A stretch of 58,310 nt of DNA from an uncultured Muribaculaceae bacterium (GCA_964458035.1 CAYWFZ010000001.1:1-58310); one strand, 5' to 3'; shown: positions 1-9,765, numbered from the stretch's first letter. Notes: a model not told the origin generated them from the sequence alone. Numbers and translations: made by a program.

Positions 1-1922
1 TAACCCATAACATCATCTATTACGGTATTACCTGAACCCCAGTTCAAATATTCAATTGCTGGACCATAGTCTAAAACTGGTTTTGCAACTGATCCTGGGT
101 GTCTAGATGGCATTGTTGCATAGTTATAAGCTAGTTGTTTAGTGTCTCTGCTGGCACCTATTGCAGATATTGAACCATCTTTTACATTTACTACAGATAT
201 TCCGGTTTGAACTATATCATTTGGGAATTTATATCCCTCTTTTGTTTTTTGATCATAAGATTCATTGTTCATTACTTTATTAACGACATCTTGTTTTTCT
301 GTATCTAAAGTTGTATGTATTATCATTGAGTCATATACAGGGGTATATCCTGTACCTTTAGTTTGCGAATATCCGGTTCTTCTTTCGATTTCTTTTGTAA
401 CTGTATCAATAAAATCTTGATATTGATTAAATGTTGAGTCTGTTTTAGTTAGAGTAGAAGACATTGGGATAGCCTTAGCATTATCTCTTTCTTCTTCAGT
501 AATATAACCATGTCTACACATTAGGTTTAGTATTGTATTACGTCTATTTTCTGCAGCTTTTGGATGTTGGTGTGGATCATATGCATCAGGAGATTGGAAT
601 AATCCAGCGATAGTTGCTGCCTCTACTAATGTTAAATCTTTAGCTTCTTTGTCGAAATATACTTTAGCAGCTTGTTGAACTCCATATGTTCCAGATCCTA
701 GATAAGGAATATTTACATAGAATTCCATTATTTGATCTTTTGTATAATTCTTTTCGAAGACAAAGACTGAAAGATAGATATCTTGGAATTTTCTCTTTAT
801 TCCAGCAAATCCAGATGCTGTATTACTTGTTGCAGCATTTTTTGAAACCTGCATGGTAATTGTTGATCCACCACCTGCATCGTTTCTTCCAAGTAATTGA
901 CCAATTACAGCTTTAGTAAATCTTGCAATATCAATACCATTATGTTGGAAGAAGCGTGAATCTTCTGCCGAAACTATGGCATCTACTAAAACTTCAGGTA
1001 AATCATCATATGTTACTTTTTCACGATTCTCAGTTCCACGTCTAGCAAATTCGTTGCCATTTACATCTAGGAATACCGATGCTGATGATTTGTATAATCT
1101 TTCATTACTTATTTCTGGTGCTGTTGCAACTATATAAACGCAGAATGCAATAATTAAACTAAATCCTGTTATTAAGCATAGCATCATAAGTATTAGTATT
1201 TTATCTTTTAATGTTCCATACTTGAATTTCTTTTTGAATTTTTTCATATCGAATTTAATCACCTTTATTCTATTAATAAAGAAAACAGAGATAAGTGCAA
1301 AACCCTTATAGTCTTTATAATGTAGTAAATTAAGTTCATCATCATTTATGTTTATCTCTTTATAACGGTTTTTCTTTTTTATTTCTAACTTTTCAGTTTT
1401 CTTTATTCTTTTATGTTCTTTCTTTATTTTAGAAGTTACACCTTTATATAAGATGCGCTCCTTAACATTATTATATTGTTTTATAACAAATTTTTTAATC
1501 TTTTTTACACATATTAATGTGACTTTACATAAGAGTAGCATAAATATTTTTAGCTTAATTAGGATAATTTCAAGATATTTTTTTATCTGCTTATATAGGA
1601 AAATTGATGCTTTTTTTAACCATTTAAATAGTATTATAAGTATCTCTTTTGTCTTTTTTGCAACTTTTACTGATATTACCTTTGTTTTACTTGCAAATTT
1701 ATTTATACCTTTTTTTATCTTTTCTTTATCAAGATTTTTTATTTTGTTTTTTACATTTTCAATTGTTATCTTTTCATGCTTTTTATTCTTTTTGTTTGGT
1801 AATTTTTCTGTTGAATTAATACCAAGAGATGTAATTACACGATTTCTTTGAATAGGGGATTTTTTCTTTTTTTTGGCTTTTTTATGATTCGTCTTTTTTT
1901 TGTTTTTCTTTTTATTTGACAT
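1..1922 (-). CDS. ponA: class A penicillin-binding protein (PBP1A-like, GT51 transglycosylase + transpeptidase); C-terminus lies beyond the window; ~225-aa Lys-rich N-terminal extension
   Basis: Hand translation of the minus strand from ATG 1922..1920 stays open to position 1; it is absent from the ORF track because there is no stop in the window. TM segment ILILMMLCLITGFSLIIAFCVYIV. GT51 motifs EDSRFFQHNGID and RKFQD. Transpeptidase SxxK context RHPGSVAKP. Directly follows recU as in Bacillus. Confidence 0.85.
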   Translation of the reverse strand, partial: MSNKKKNKKKTNHKKAKKKKKSPIQRNRVITSLGINSTEKLPNKKNKKHEKITIENVKNKIKNLDKEKIKKGINKFASKTKVISVKVAKKTKEILIILFKWLKKASIFLYKQIKKYLEIILIKLKIFMLLLCKVTLICVKKIKKFVIKQYNNVKERILYKGVTSKIKKEHKRIKKTEKLEIKKKNRYKEININDDELNLLHYKDYKGFALISVFFINRIKVIKFDMKKFKKKFKYGTLKDKILILMMLCLITGFSLIIAFCVYIVATAPEISNERLYKSSASVFLDVNGNEFARRGTENREKVTYDDLPEVLVDAIVSAEDSRFFQHNGIDIARFTKAVIGQLLGRNDAGGGSTITMQVSKNAATSNTASGFAGIKRKFQDIYLSVFVFEKNYTKDQIMEFYVNIPYLGSGTYGVQQAAKVYFDKEAKDLTLVEAATIAGLFQSPDAYDPHQHPKAAENRRNTILNLMCRHGYITEEERDNAKAIPMSSTLTKTDSTFNQYQDFIDTVTKEIERRTGYSQTKGTGYTPVYDSMIIHTTLDTEKQDVVNKVMNNESYDQKTKEGYKFPNDIVQTGISVVNVKDGSISAIGASRDTKQLAYNYATMPSRHPGSVAKPVLDYGPAIEYLNWGSGNTVIDDVMG

Positions 1923-1923
1923 A

Positions 1924-2484
1924 TTAATCCTCCTTGAAATATAATTCATCTATTACTTTTAAATAATCTAAACGAGGTTTTATCTTTTTTTCAATTATTT
2001 TACCATGCTTTTCAATAAAAGAATATGGTATACTTTTCCTTTTAGAAGTATTTAGAAAGTTTAATATTACATTTCCATCTAAATAGAAAAATGTGTTGTT
2101 CATATATATAATAAGGAAGGAAATTCCTCCATGTTTTATAACTCTTTCCATATGCTTTAGTTGGTGAGCATGAATGTTTTGTAGGGGAAAAGAGGTTGTA
2201 TTTTGGGTCTCTTTTGCATCAAAGTCTACGTAAGTACCTCTATATATTCCATTATAGTCGAGAGTTGATGGTGTACGAAAGAATGCTTTTGTTATAATTC
2301 TTTCTTTTTCACCATATTTTACTTCGCTTATTGTTATAGGTGTTGGCTTTTTATAGATTACTGCGATATCTTCAGAAAGGTAATATTCGTTACTTTGGTT
2401 AATTAGATCTTCTAGGTTCATTCCACGATTTGCGTAACTTGTAAATTTATTGTATTCTTTTTTTACTTTTCCTGGATAGTTCAT
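1924..2484 (-). CDS. recU: Holliday junction resolvase RecU
   Basis: 186 aa. YANRGMNLEDLINQSNEYY and FFRTPSTLDYNGIYRGTYVDFDAKET resemble the RecU family. Stop at 1924 abuts the ponA ATG at 1922, the conserved recU-ponA pair. Confidence 0.85.
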   Translation of the reverse strand: MNYPGKVKKEYNKFTSYANRGMNLEDLINQSNEYYLSEDIAVIYKKPTPITISEVKYGEKERIITKAFFRTPSTLDYNGIYRGTYVDFDAKETQNTTSFPLQNIHAHQLKHMERVIKHGGISFLIIYMNNTFFYLDGNVILNFLNTSKRKSIPYSFIEKHGKIIEKKIKPRLDYLKVIDELYFKED

Positions 2485-2606
2485 CTAAATTCACCTTATT
2501 CAATATTATAATATAAATGGCCTTTTTTTGGAATACTTAAGTAGTTAGTTATTCCAATTAATAGTGATTTATAGTATAATGTTTAACAAGTAAGGGATGT
2601 GGAAAT

Positions 2607-3203
2607 GTGAAAATAGAAAGTTCTAATTTGGAAAATATTGCTGTAAGAACTAGTCAGTATCCTACCGATGAAAAGTGTGAATTTCTATTATGTGGACGAA
2701 GTAATGTTGGCAAAAGTAGCTTTATTAATACTATTTTAGGTCGAAAAAATTATGCTCATACTTCTGGAAAACCCGGCAAGACTCAAACTCTTAATTTTTA
2801 TCTTGTTAATGAAGATTTTTATTTAGTGGATGTCCCAGGGTATGGATATGCTGATGTTTCTAAAGAAAAACAAAGAAAATTTGGACTTATGATTGAAGAT
2901 TATATCAAGACAAGAGAAAACTTAAAATGTGTCTTTTTATTAGTTGATTTTAGACATAAAGCTCAAGAAAATGATGTTTTAATGTACAATTATTTAAAAT
3001 ATTATGAAATTCCAACAGTTATTGTTGCTACTAAGTTTGATAAGGTTAAGGCTAACCAAAAGGAAAAGTGCGAAAAAATATTAAAGGATTCACTTAATAT
3101 ATTGCCACAAGATAAATTTGTTCTATTTTCATCTGTTACAAAAAAAGGTAGAGAAGAAATATACAACATTTTGTCAAGTTATTTAGAGGAGGAAAATAAT
3201 TAA
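2607..3203 (+). CDS. engB: ribosome biogenesis GTPase EngB/YsxC
   Basis: GTG start. G1 GRSNVGKSS, G3 DVPGYG, G4 TKFDK. 198 aa is typical for YsxC/YihA. Confidence 0.9.
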   Translation: MKIESSNLENIAVRTSQYPTDEKCEFLLCGRSNVGKSSFINTILGRKNYAHTSGKPGKTQTLNFYLVNEDFYLVDVPGYGYADVSKEKQRKFGLMIEDYIKTRENLKCVFLLVDFRHKAQENDVLMYNYLKYYEIPTVIVATKFDKVKANQKEKCEKILKDSLNILPQDKFVLFSSVTKKGREEIYNILSSYLEEENN

Positions 3204-3249
3204 ATTATTTTTCTTTTTTTATATGTTATAATTAATATAAGGTGATAAT

Positions 3250-3621
3250 ATGAAAAACATTGTTTTATGTGGTAGTATGAAAGTTAAAGATAGGATAATT
3301 GAGGTTAAAAATGATTTGGAAGAATTTGGATTTAATGTTTTGTTACCAATTGAGTGCATGAATGGCTTGCCTAAAAATGAAGCTTCAAGAAAACATTTTG
3401 AAAGAATTGTTAATGAAGATAATACATACATTTTAGTTGTTAATAGTGAAGTAAATGGAAAAGAGAACTATATTGGACCAAATACTTTTGCCGAAATAGC
3501 TTTTGCATTTTTCTATAATAAGAAAGTATATTTACTTAATGATTACTATGAACCTTTTATGGATGAATTAAAGGGTTGGGGCGTTATACCTTTGAATGGG
3601 AAAATAGATAATATTTTATAA
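3250..3621 (+). CDS. small Rossmann-like protein, possibly nucleoside 2-deoxyribosyltransferase-like (tentative)
   Basis: 123 aa. N-terminal IVLCGSMK and C-terminal NTFAEIAFAFFYNKKVYLL resemble the NDT-like fold pattern, by memory only. TGTTATAAT promoter upstream. Stop overlaps the following pilin ORF (TAATG). Confidence 0.3.
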   Translation: MKNIVLCGSMKVKDRIIEVKNDLEEFGFNVLLPIECMNGLPKNEASRKHFERIVNEDNTYILVVNSEVNGKENYIGPNTFAEIAFAFFYNKKVYLLNDYYEPFMDELKGWGVIPLNGKIDNIL

Positions 3622-3635
3622 TGGCTGGTGAGAAT

Positions 3636-4256
3636 ATGAAAAGAAAAAATGGATTTACTTTAGTCGAACTACTTGCAGTTATTGTGTTACTTGCACTTTT
3701 AATGATTATTGCGATACCAAATGCCTTTAAACTTGCTTCTAAAGTTAAGGGCAAAGCTTATCAGACAAAAGTTGATTTAATTGAAAAAGCTGGACAGGAG
3801 TTTGGACAGTCTAATCTTAAACTAGTAAGACAAGGTATAAGCATTACTAACTCAACGGAACATCATTCATGCACTTTTAACTTTGATAATAAGAAAAATA
3901 TTACAGGAGTATCTTATAATACAAAGATGTATTCAGAAACCGCTACTTTACTTGATGAAGCGAATAGAAAAGAATATTGGTGTACGAGGGTTACTGTTTC
4001 TGACCTTGTAAAATCTAACAACTTAGAGTGGGATTATGAAAATCAATGTGATGGTAGGTGCAATACTGATCAAGATAAGTTAAATTATGATAAGACTGTA
4101 ATTGATCCAGAAAATAACTATATAATGAATAGTTGTCATGTATATCTTTATTATCGTAATAGTAGAGTTTATACATATTTTGATGAGGCAACTTGTGATA
4201 ATAAATCTGATACTCCAAATAATGATGGACGCGAATATAGACCATTAATTGGATAG
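3636..4256 (+). CDS. prepilin-type N-terminal cleavage/methylation domain protein (type IV pilin/pseudopilin-like), orphan
   Basis: MKRKNG|FTLVELLAVIVLLALLMIIAIPN is a class III signal peptide with the G/F cleavage site and Glu+5. The C-terminal domain has 6 Cys. An alternative in-frame ATG lies at 3621. GGTGAG Shine-Dalgarno sequence before 3636. Confidence 0.8.
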   Translation: MKRKNGFTLVELLAVIVLLALLMIIAIPNAFKLASKVKGKAYQTKVDLIEKAGQEFGQSNLKLVRQGISITNSTEHHSCTFNFDNKKNITGVSYNTKMYSETATLLDEANRKEYWCTRVTVSDLVKSNNLEWDYENQCDGRCNTDQDKLNYDKTVIDPENNYIMNSCHVYLYYRNSRVYTYFDEATCDNKSDTPNNDGREYRPLIG

Positions 4257-4258
4257 TT

Positions 4259-4287
4259 AAACATATGTGAAAACATATGTTTTCTTT
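4259..4287 (+). terminator. intrinsic terminator after the pilin gene
   Basis: Perfect 10-bp stem AAACATATGT / ACATATGTTT with GAAA loop, followed by a T-rich tract. Confidence 0.75.
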
Positions 4288-4345
4288 ATTTGTGCATTTA
4301 CTTATTTTATGATAAGATATAAGGGTGAAAAGGGAGGAAAACTTT

Positions 4346-5659
4346 ATGCGAAAATGTGTATGTTTAGTTGGTAGACCCAATACAGGTAAATCATCACTTT
4401 TTAATAGACTTATAAATGAGAAAAAATCAATTATAGCAGATACTCCGGGAGTTACTAGAGATAGAATTTACGGAATATGTGATTATAAGGATAAGAGTTT
4501 TTCTTTAATTGATACGGGTGGTATTGATTTAGAAAATGCAACATTCAATGATAATATTAGAATGCAAGCTGAACTTGCAATTGATGAAGCTGATGTTATT
4601 GTTTTTGTCGTTGATGGAAGAGAAGATATAACTTTAAATGATTTAGCTGTAAGAGATATGTTACTTCGTACTAATAAACGTGTAATTGTTGCTTTAAATA
4701 AGATAGATGATAATCATCATGAAGATAATATCTATGCTTATTATGAGCTTGGCTTTGATACAATCATTACTGTTAGTGCTGAACATAAAAGACATATTAA
4801 TGAACTCCTTGATTTGATTACTGAGGATTTTCCTGCTTATTCTACAGAAGAGAGAAGCGAAGATATTAAATTTTCAATTATTGGAAGACCTAATGTTGGG
4901 AAGAGTAGTTTAGTTAATGCTCTTTTGGGTGAAGACAAACAAATCGTTTCAAATGTTGCTGGAACTACCCGCGATTCTGTTGATACTAAGTTTACTTATG
5001 AAAAAAGAGATTATGTTGTAATTGATACTGCTGGTATTCGAAAAAAAGGTAAGATATATGAATCAATTGAAAAATATTCTTTAATCAGAAGTTTAAAATC
5101 AATTGAAAGAAGTGATGTTTGTTGCATTGTAATAGATGCCGAAACAGGCATTCTTGAACATGATAAACATATTGCCTCATATGCAATAACAGCTGGGAAA
5201 GCTATAGTTATTGTAGTTAACAAATGGGATACAGTGGAAAATAAAGATACTGAAATAAAAAATTGGAAGAAACGTATTCGTGATGAATTCCAATTTATTC
5301 CTTATGCACCGATAGTATTCTTGTCTTCCTTAATGAAAACACGAATACATACACTTATGCCTGCAATAATTAAAGCTTATACTTCTTATACAGCTGAAGT
5401 TAAAACAAGTTTATTGAATGATATTATAAGAGATGCATCTTCCTTACATGAAGCTCCTTCGTATAAAGGAAGACGTTTAAAGATATATTTTGTAAGTCAG
5501 TCTGGAACTTGTCCTCCTAAATTTACTTTTAATGTTAATAATAAAGGATTGGTACATTTTTCTTATTATAGATATTTAGAAAATAAAATTAGAGAAAATA
5601 TTGATTTAGAAGGCTCTCCAATTATTTTACAATTTAAAAATAAAAATGATGATGAGTAG
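4346..5659 (+). CDS. der: ribosome-associated GTPase Der/EngA (double GTPase)
   Basis: Two G domains: GRPNTGKSS..DTGG..NKID and GRPNVGKSS..DTAG..NKWD, plus a KH-like C-terminus. ATG 4346 is preceded by AGGGAGG; the ORF-track start at 4325 is probably too far upstream. Confidence 0.93.
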   Translation: MRKCVCLVGRPNTGKSSLFNRLINEKKSIIADTPGVTRDRIYGICDYKDKSFSLIDTGGIDLENATFNDNIRMQAELAIDEADVIVFVVDGREDITLNDLAVRDMLLRTNKRVIVALNKIDDNHHEDNIYAYYELGFDTIITVSAEHKRHINELLDLITEDFPAYSTEERSEDIKFSIIGRPNVGKSSLVNALLGEDKQIVSNVAGTTRDSVDTKFTYEKRDYVVIDTAGIRKKGKIYESIEKYSLIRSLKSIERSDVCCIVIDAETGILEHDKHIASYAITAGKAIVIVVNKWDTVENKDTEIKNWKKRIRDEFQFIPYAPIVFLSSLMKTRIHTLMPAIIKAYTSYTAEVKTSLLNDIIRDASSLHEAPSYKGRRLKIYFVSQSGTCPPKFTFNVNNKGLVHFSYYRYLENKIRENIDLEGSPIILQFKNKNDDE

Positions 5660-5667
5660 GTGGTTTT

Positions 5668-6618
5668 ATGAAAGATAAGAAAGTTATTTTACTTGTAAGT
5701 GTTATATTTGTATCTGCTTTACTTTTAGCATTCACCGTGTTTAAACTTTTAAAAAATGAAGATAGAGAAAAGGGTAATGGTAGTCTAACTGCTTATGGTG
5801 TTGTTGTTGAAAAGGGAAGTAATTATTTATTAGTTGAAGGTGTAGATAATGAAAGATATTATGTTGCATACACAAGTGATGATATAAATACCGGTACTTT
5901 TGTATCTGTTAGTTATCAAAATGAATCAGAAAAAAAAGCCGGTAAGGGAATTGTTGATGTTGTTTTAAATAATGATGAAATTAAAATAGTTGATGATTTA
6001 ACTACGACTACGGTTGCTAGTTTTGATGAAGATGAGAAGGTAAGTACGACAACTAAGAATACCAATAAAACTAATAATTCAACGACAACTACAAATGCAA
6101 AGATGACGACAACAACTCAATATAGATATACTACTAAATTTAATGAAAATGATATAGTAGCATATGCCTCTAGCACTTATAGCGATATAGAAAATAATAA
6201 AAGTGCTTTAGACTCAGCAAAAGAGGGCTTTATTACATTGGTTGACTTTATCTTCTACGATGGAACTATTAAAGGGAAAAAGTTTAGTGAACTAACTTCT
6301 TCTGCCAAAGCTAAAGTTATTTATTATACTTTATTAATAGATGGCGCTATTGATTCTAAATGGCCAAATTATAAAGAAAATATTCAAAGCAAATATCATG
6401 ACATTAAAGATAAACTTGTTGCTAAATATTTAGATATAACTACTTCAATTTGTGAATCAAGCAGTGATAGCTGTGAACAAGCCAAGAGTGACTTTAAGCT
6501 ATTAAAAGAATCTGTTAAACTTACATGGAATACTTTAAAGAATGCTTTTAGTTACGCTTATAATAAAGGTAAAGACGCACTAGTTTCTTGGTATGAAATA
6601 TTTAGCGGGAAGAAATAA
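5668..6618 (+). CDS. membrane-anchored protein with Thr/Asn-rich linker, unknown function
   Basis: N-terminal TM VILLVSVIFVSALLLAFTVF and low-complexity TTTT/NSTTTT linker. No recognisable catalytic motif. Confidence 0.6.
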   Translation: MKDKKVILLVSVIFVSALLLAFTVFKLLKNEDREKGNGSLTAYGVVVEKGSNYLLVEGVDNERYYVAYTSDDINTGTFVSVSYQNESEKKAGKGIVDVVLNNDEIKIVDDLTTTTVASFDEDEKVSTTTKNTNKTNNSTTTTNAKMTTTTQYRYTTKFNENDIVAYASSTYSDIENNKSALDSAKEGFITLVDFIFYDGTIKGKKFSELTSSAKAKVIYYTLLIDGAIDSKWPNYKENIQSKYHDIKDKLVAKYLDITTSICESSSDSCEQAKSDFKLLKESVKLTWNTLKNAFSYAYNKGKDALVSWYEIFSGKK

Positions 6619-6620
6619 TT

Positions 6621-7238
6621 ATGATTATTAATGGTGATGAACTTGAGGTAGTTATTGAAAGAAAAAGAATAAAAAATATTTATTTTAGAATAAATGAGAA
6701 TAAAGAAATTTATGTAACATGTCCTAGACTTGTAAGAGATTCTGAAATAAGAAAATTGCTTCAAGATAATATTAAGTCTTTGGAGAGAATGTATAAGAAA
6801 GTACTTAAGGATAATGCTAAAAGCGATAAAGTATTACTTTTAGGTAATGAGTTAGAATTTATTGAATCTAAGCGTATAAAATTTGTAGATATAACTGCAT
6901 ATGGACCTAGTGTGGATGCTATTAATGCTTATCTTGAAAAAAAGAGTTTAAAAGTATTTCAAGATAGATTGGATATAATTGCACCAACTTTTTCTAATCT
7001 TCCTAAATTTAGACTTAGAACTCGCAAGATGAAGAGCAGATGGGGTGTATGTAATAAGGGAAGTATGACAGTAACTTTAAATACTCTTCTTATTCATAAA
7101 AAAGTGTCTTTAATAGATTATGTTATTGTTCATGAACTTTCTCATTGGGATCATATGGATCATTCTCCTGCATTCTGGAGGGAAGTAGAAAAACATTATC
7201 CGGACTATAAAAAAGCAAGAAAAGAACTGAGGGATTAA
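6621..7238 (+). CDS. YgjP-like (DUF45) metal-dependent hydrolase, M48-type HExxH
   Basis: C-terminal DYVIVHELSHWDHMDHSPAFWREVEKHYPDYKKARKEL matches the YgjP/DUF45 signature. Confidence 0.8.
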   Translation: MIINGDELEVVIERKRIKNIYFRINENKEIYVTCPRLVRDSEIRKLLQDNIKSLERMYKKVLKDNAKSDKVLLLGNELEFIESKRIKFVDITAYGPSVDAINAYLEKKSLKVFQDRLDIIAPTFSNLPKFRLRTRKMKSRWGVCNKGSMTVTLNTLLIHKKVSLIDYVIVHELSHWDHMDHSPAFWREVEKHYPDYKKARKELRD

Positions 7239-7239
7239 A

Positions 7240-7941
7240 TTGATTGAGTCAGTTAATAATGAAAGAATTAAAAGATATGCAAAATTACAGCAAAAGAAAT
7301 ATCGTGATTTAGAGGGCTTATTTATTGTTGAAGGAGCTCATTTAGTAGAAGAAGCTAAGAAAAACAATTTATTAATAGACATTTTTTCGCTTGATGGAAG
7401 TGAAGGAACTCAGGTAAGCGAATCAGTTATGCGTAAGCTTTCTAGTTTAACTACGGCGCCTAATGTTTTAGGAATTGTAAAAAAACGTGAGAGTAAAGAG
7501 ATTGCTGGAAATATCTTAATTTTAGATGGAATACAAGATCCAGGAAATTTAGGTACAATTATTAGGAGTGCTGTTGCGTTTAATATTGACACTATTATTG
7601 CATCTTCAGATACAGTTGATGTATATAACCAGAAAACTATTAGGAGTTCTGAGGGGATGATATTTAATATTAATTATATAGTTGCTGATTTAGAAAAGGT
7701 TTTACCTTCTTTAAATGGATATGACATATATACAACAAATGTCGTTAATGGAGAAGATGTTCATAAAGTCGATGTTACCAAAAAGTATGCGATTATTATG
7801 GGTAATGAAGGTGCAGGAGTCAGAAAAAATATTGCTACACTTGCTAATAAGACTCTTTATATTCCAATATCCGAAAAATGTGAAAGTTTGAATGTTGCAA
7901 TTGCAACTAGTATAATATTGTACGAGTTATCAAAAAAATGA
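7240..7941 (+). CDS. TrmH/SpoU-family RNA 2'-O-methyltransferase
   Basis: TTG start. SpoU-type C-terminal knot motifs IIMGNEGAGV and ESLNVAIATSIILYE. N-terminal substrate-binding domain. Confidence 0.85.
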   Translation: MIESVNNERIKRYAKLQQKKYRDLEGLFIVEGAHLVEEAKKNNLLIDIFSLDGSEGTQVSESVMRKLSSLTTAPNVLGIVKKRESKEIAGNILILDGIQDPGNLGTIIRSAVAFNIDTIIASSDTVDVYNQKTIRSSEGMIFNINYIVADLEKVLPSLNGYDIYTTNVVNGEDVHKVDVTKKYAIIMGNEGAGVRKNIATLANKTLYIPISEKCESLNVAIATSIILYELSKK

Positions 7942-7956
7942 TTTGGAGGTTACAAC

Positions 7957-8502
7957 ATGATAAAAACAGAAGTAATTATTGATGAAGAAAAGTTTAATTT
8001 AGCTAGGAAATGGCTAGAATATATTCCTGATTCTTGGGATTTAGATGAACTTATGGAAAAGAATGCTGCATCTTTAGCTGGAGATGTTTTAAAAATATTA
8101 GTACAAGTAAGAAGAGATGAAGAGATGTTAGAGACTCTTGATAATGTCTTATCTTATGTAAGAGAAACCGGCTATGTATACGGAGAAATGGAAAAAGATA
8201 TAAAAGAAATATATGATTATGTTGATTCTAAAGCTTACTATTTTAAGATAGGCGCTCCTGAAAAAGAATATGTAGATATGCTTATTTCGGAAATTGATTT
8301 TGGAAGTGATGAGTCATTAAATCGGGTTACTGAAGCTCTTCAAAATATCAATAATGAATTTATACGTATGTATGCAGAAGATAAGGTGCGTGAAGCAAAA
8401 GCCTTACATGATGCTAATGAGACTCGAAAAAATGCCGGGGAAAAATCTAGAAGTAAAAGAGTACATAGTGTATTCCCACGTGTCCCAAATAGAATAAAAT
8501 AA
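7957..8502 (+). CDS. hypothetical acidic protein
   Basis: 181-aa ORF with GGAGG Shine-Dalgarno sequence. No motif recognised. Confidence 0.55.
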   Translation: MIKTEVIIDEEKFNLARKWLEYIPDSWDLDELMEKNAASLAGDVLKILVQVRRDEEMLETLDNVLSYVRETGYVYGEMEKDIKEIYDYVDSKAYYFKIGAPEKEYVDMLISEIDFGSDESLNRVTEALQNINNEFIRMYAEDKVREAKALHDANETRKNAGEKSRSKRVHSVFPRVPNRIK

Positions 8503-8567
8503 AAAAATTATAGTAAAGGAGTTTTATAACTCTTTTTAGTTTGCTATAATTATTATGGTGAAATTAT

Positions 8568-9248
8568 ATGAAAGATTTAAATTTTCTTAAGAGCAATTAT
8601 ATTGCATATCATGGAATTTATGATAATGAGAGAATTTTTGAAAATACATTGCAATCAATTGCACGCGCCAATAAGTTTGGTTACATTATAAAACTCGATG
8701 TTAAAATGACAGGATGTGGGACATTAATCTGTTTTCATGATCATAATTTAGAAAGAATGCTCCATGTAGATCAGGATTTACTGGAAATTAGTTATGATGA
8801 ACTATCTTATATTGCTAAGTACCAAATTCCAACTCTTGAGGAAGTGTTAGAGCTAGTTAAAGGGAATGTTCCATTGATTTTAAGATTAGATACGAAACTT
8901 AGAAATAATTTATTTGAAAAAGCTGTTGCTTCTGTTATGGATAACTATGATGGGGATTTTGCTATTTTAAGTGATAATAAAAAAACATTAAAATGGTTTT
9001 ATAAAAATAGAAGTGAGTATGTTTTAGGATATATTGTTAATTCGTCTAATTATTTAAAAACACTTATATTTAAAAAGTGTGACTTTCTTACTATGGACAC
9101 AAGTCTTTATAGTGATAAATTTGTAAGAAAACTAAGAGAAAATAACTTTATAATTGGTGAGGTAATTACTAATCCAGAAGAGTTTGAAGCTAAGAAGAAT
9201 GTTTACGATAATTTAGTTGTAGATAATATACTTGAAAATATAAAATAG
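8568..9248 (+). CDS. glycerophosphodiester phosphodiesterase (GDPD)-like protein, diverged
   Basis: YHG..ENT...KLDVK...CFHDHNLER follows the GDPD pattern HRG..ENT..E.D...HD..L.R, but with the Arg missing or ambiguous and Glu replaced by Lys. Confidence 0.6.
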   Translation: MKDLNFLKSNYIAYHGIYDNERIFENTLQSIARANKFGYIIKLDVKMTGCGTLICFHDHNLERMLHVDQDLLEISYDELSYIAKYQIPTLEEVLELVKGNVPLILRLDTKLRNNLFEKAVASVMDNYDGDFAILSDNKKTLKWFYKNRSEYVLGYIVNSSNYLKTLIFKKCDFLTMDTSLYSDKFVRKLRENNFIIGEVITNPEEFEAKKNVYDNLVVDNILENIK

Positions 9249-9279
9249 ATTGTTTATAATAGTCATTTAAGAGGTATTT

Positions 9280-9765
9280 ATGGATAAAGTTTTTGTTGGT
9301 AAAATTGTTAATACACATGGGATAAAAGGCGAATTTAGAATTAAGTCTGACTTTGAATTAAAGGATCGAGTTTTTGTTATTGGGAATTCAATTATTATAG
9401 ATGGTAATACTTATGAGATTATGAGTTACCGTGTACATAAAGGATATGATATGATTACTGTTAAGGGATTTTCAAATATTAATGATGTTATTCCTTTTAA
9501 GGGTAAAAGTGTGTATGTTAATCGTGATACCTTAAAATTAAATGATAATGAATATATTTTAGATGATTTAATTGATGCAAGTGTTGTTTGTAATGGAGAG
9601 ACTCTAGGTGTTGTATGTGATTATACAAGTGGTGAAAATCCATTACTTGTAGTTAAAGCAAAGAAAGACTTTTATATACCTCTAAAGGGTAATTTTATTA
9701 TTAAGTATGATGCAAGTACAAGATCTCTTTATGTTTCTAGCAGTACAAAGGAGTTGATGATATGA
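9280..9765 (+). CDS. rimM: 16S rRNA processing protein RimM
   Basis: VGKIVNTHGIKGEFRIKS N-terminus plus PRC-barrel C-terminus. Overlaps trmD (ATGA), the conserved rimM-trmD pair. Confidence 0.9.
   Translation: MDKVFVGKIVNTHGIKGEFRIKSDFELKDRVFVIGNSIIIDGNTYEIMSYRVHKGYDMITVKGFSNINDVIPFKGKSVYVNRDTLKLNDNEYILDDLIDASVVCNGETLGVVCDYTSGENPLLVVKAKKDFYIPLKGNFIIKYDASTRSLYVSSSTKELMI

Noticed and set aside
1453-1851. 132-aa + strand ORF rich in Phe/Ile/Leu
   Set aside because: It is the antisense shadow of the Lys-rich (AAA/AAG) N-terminal extension of the PBP gene. Its composition is the mirror of poly-Lys codons. The same reasoning rejects the other short antisense ORFs in the track, for example 3219-3431, 4015-4380, 5011-5223, 10973-11398, 16637-16909, 31087-31539, 55101-55583, 56823-57146 and 57250-57597.
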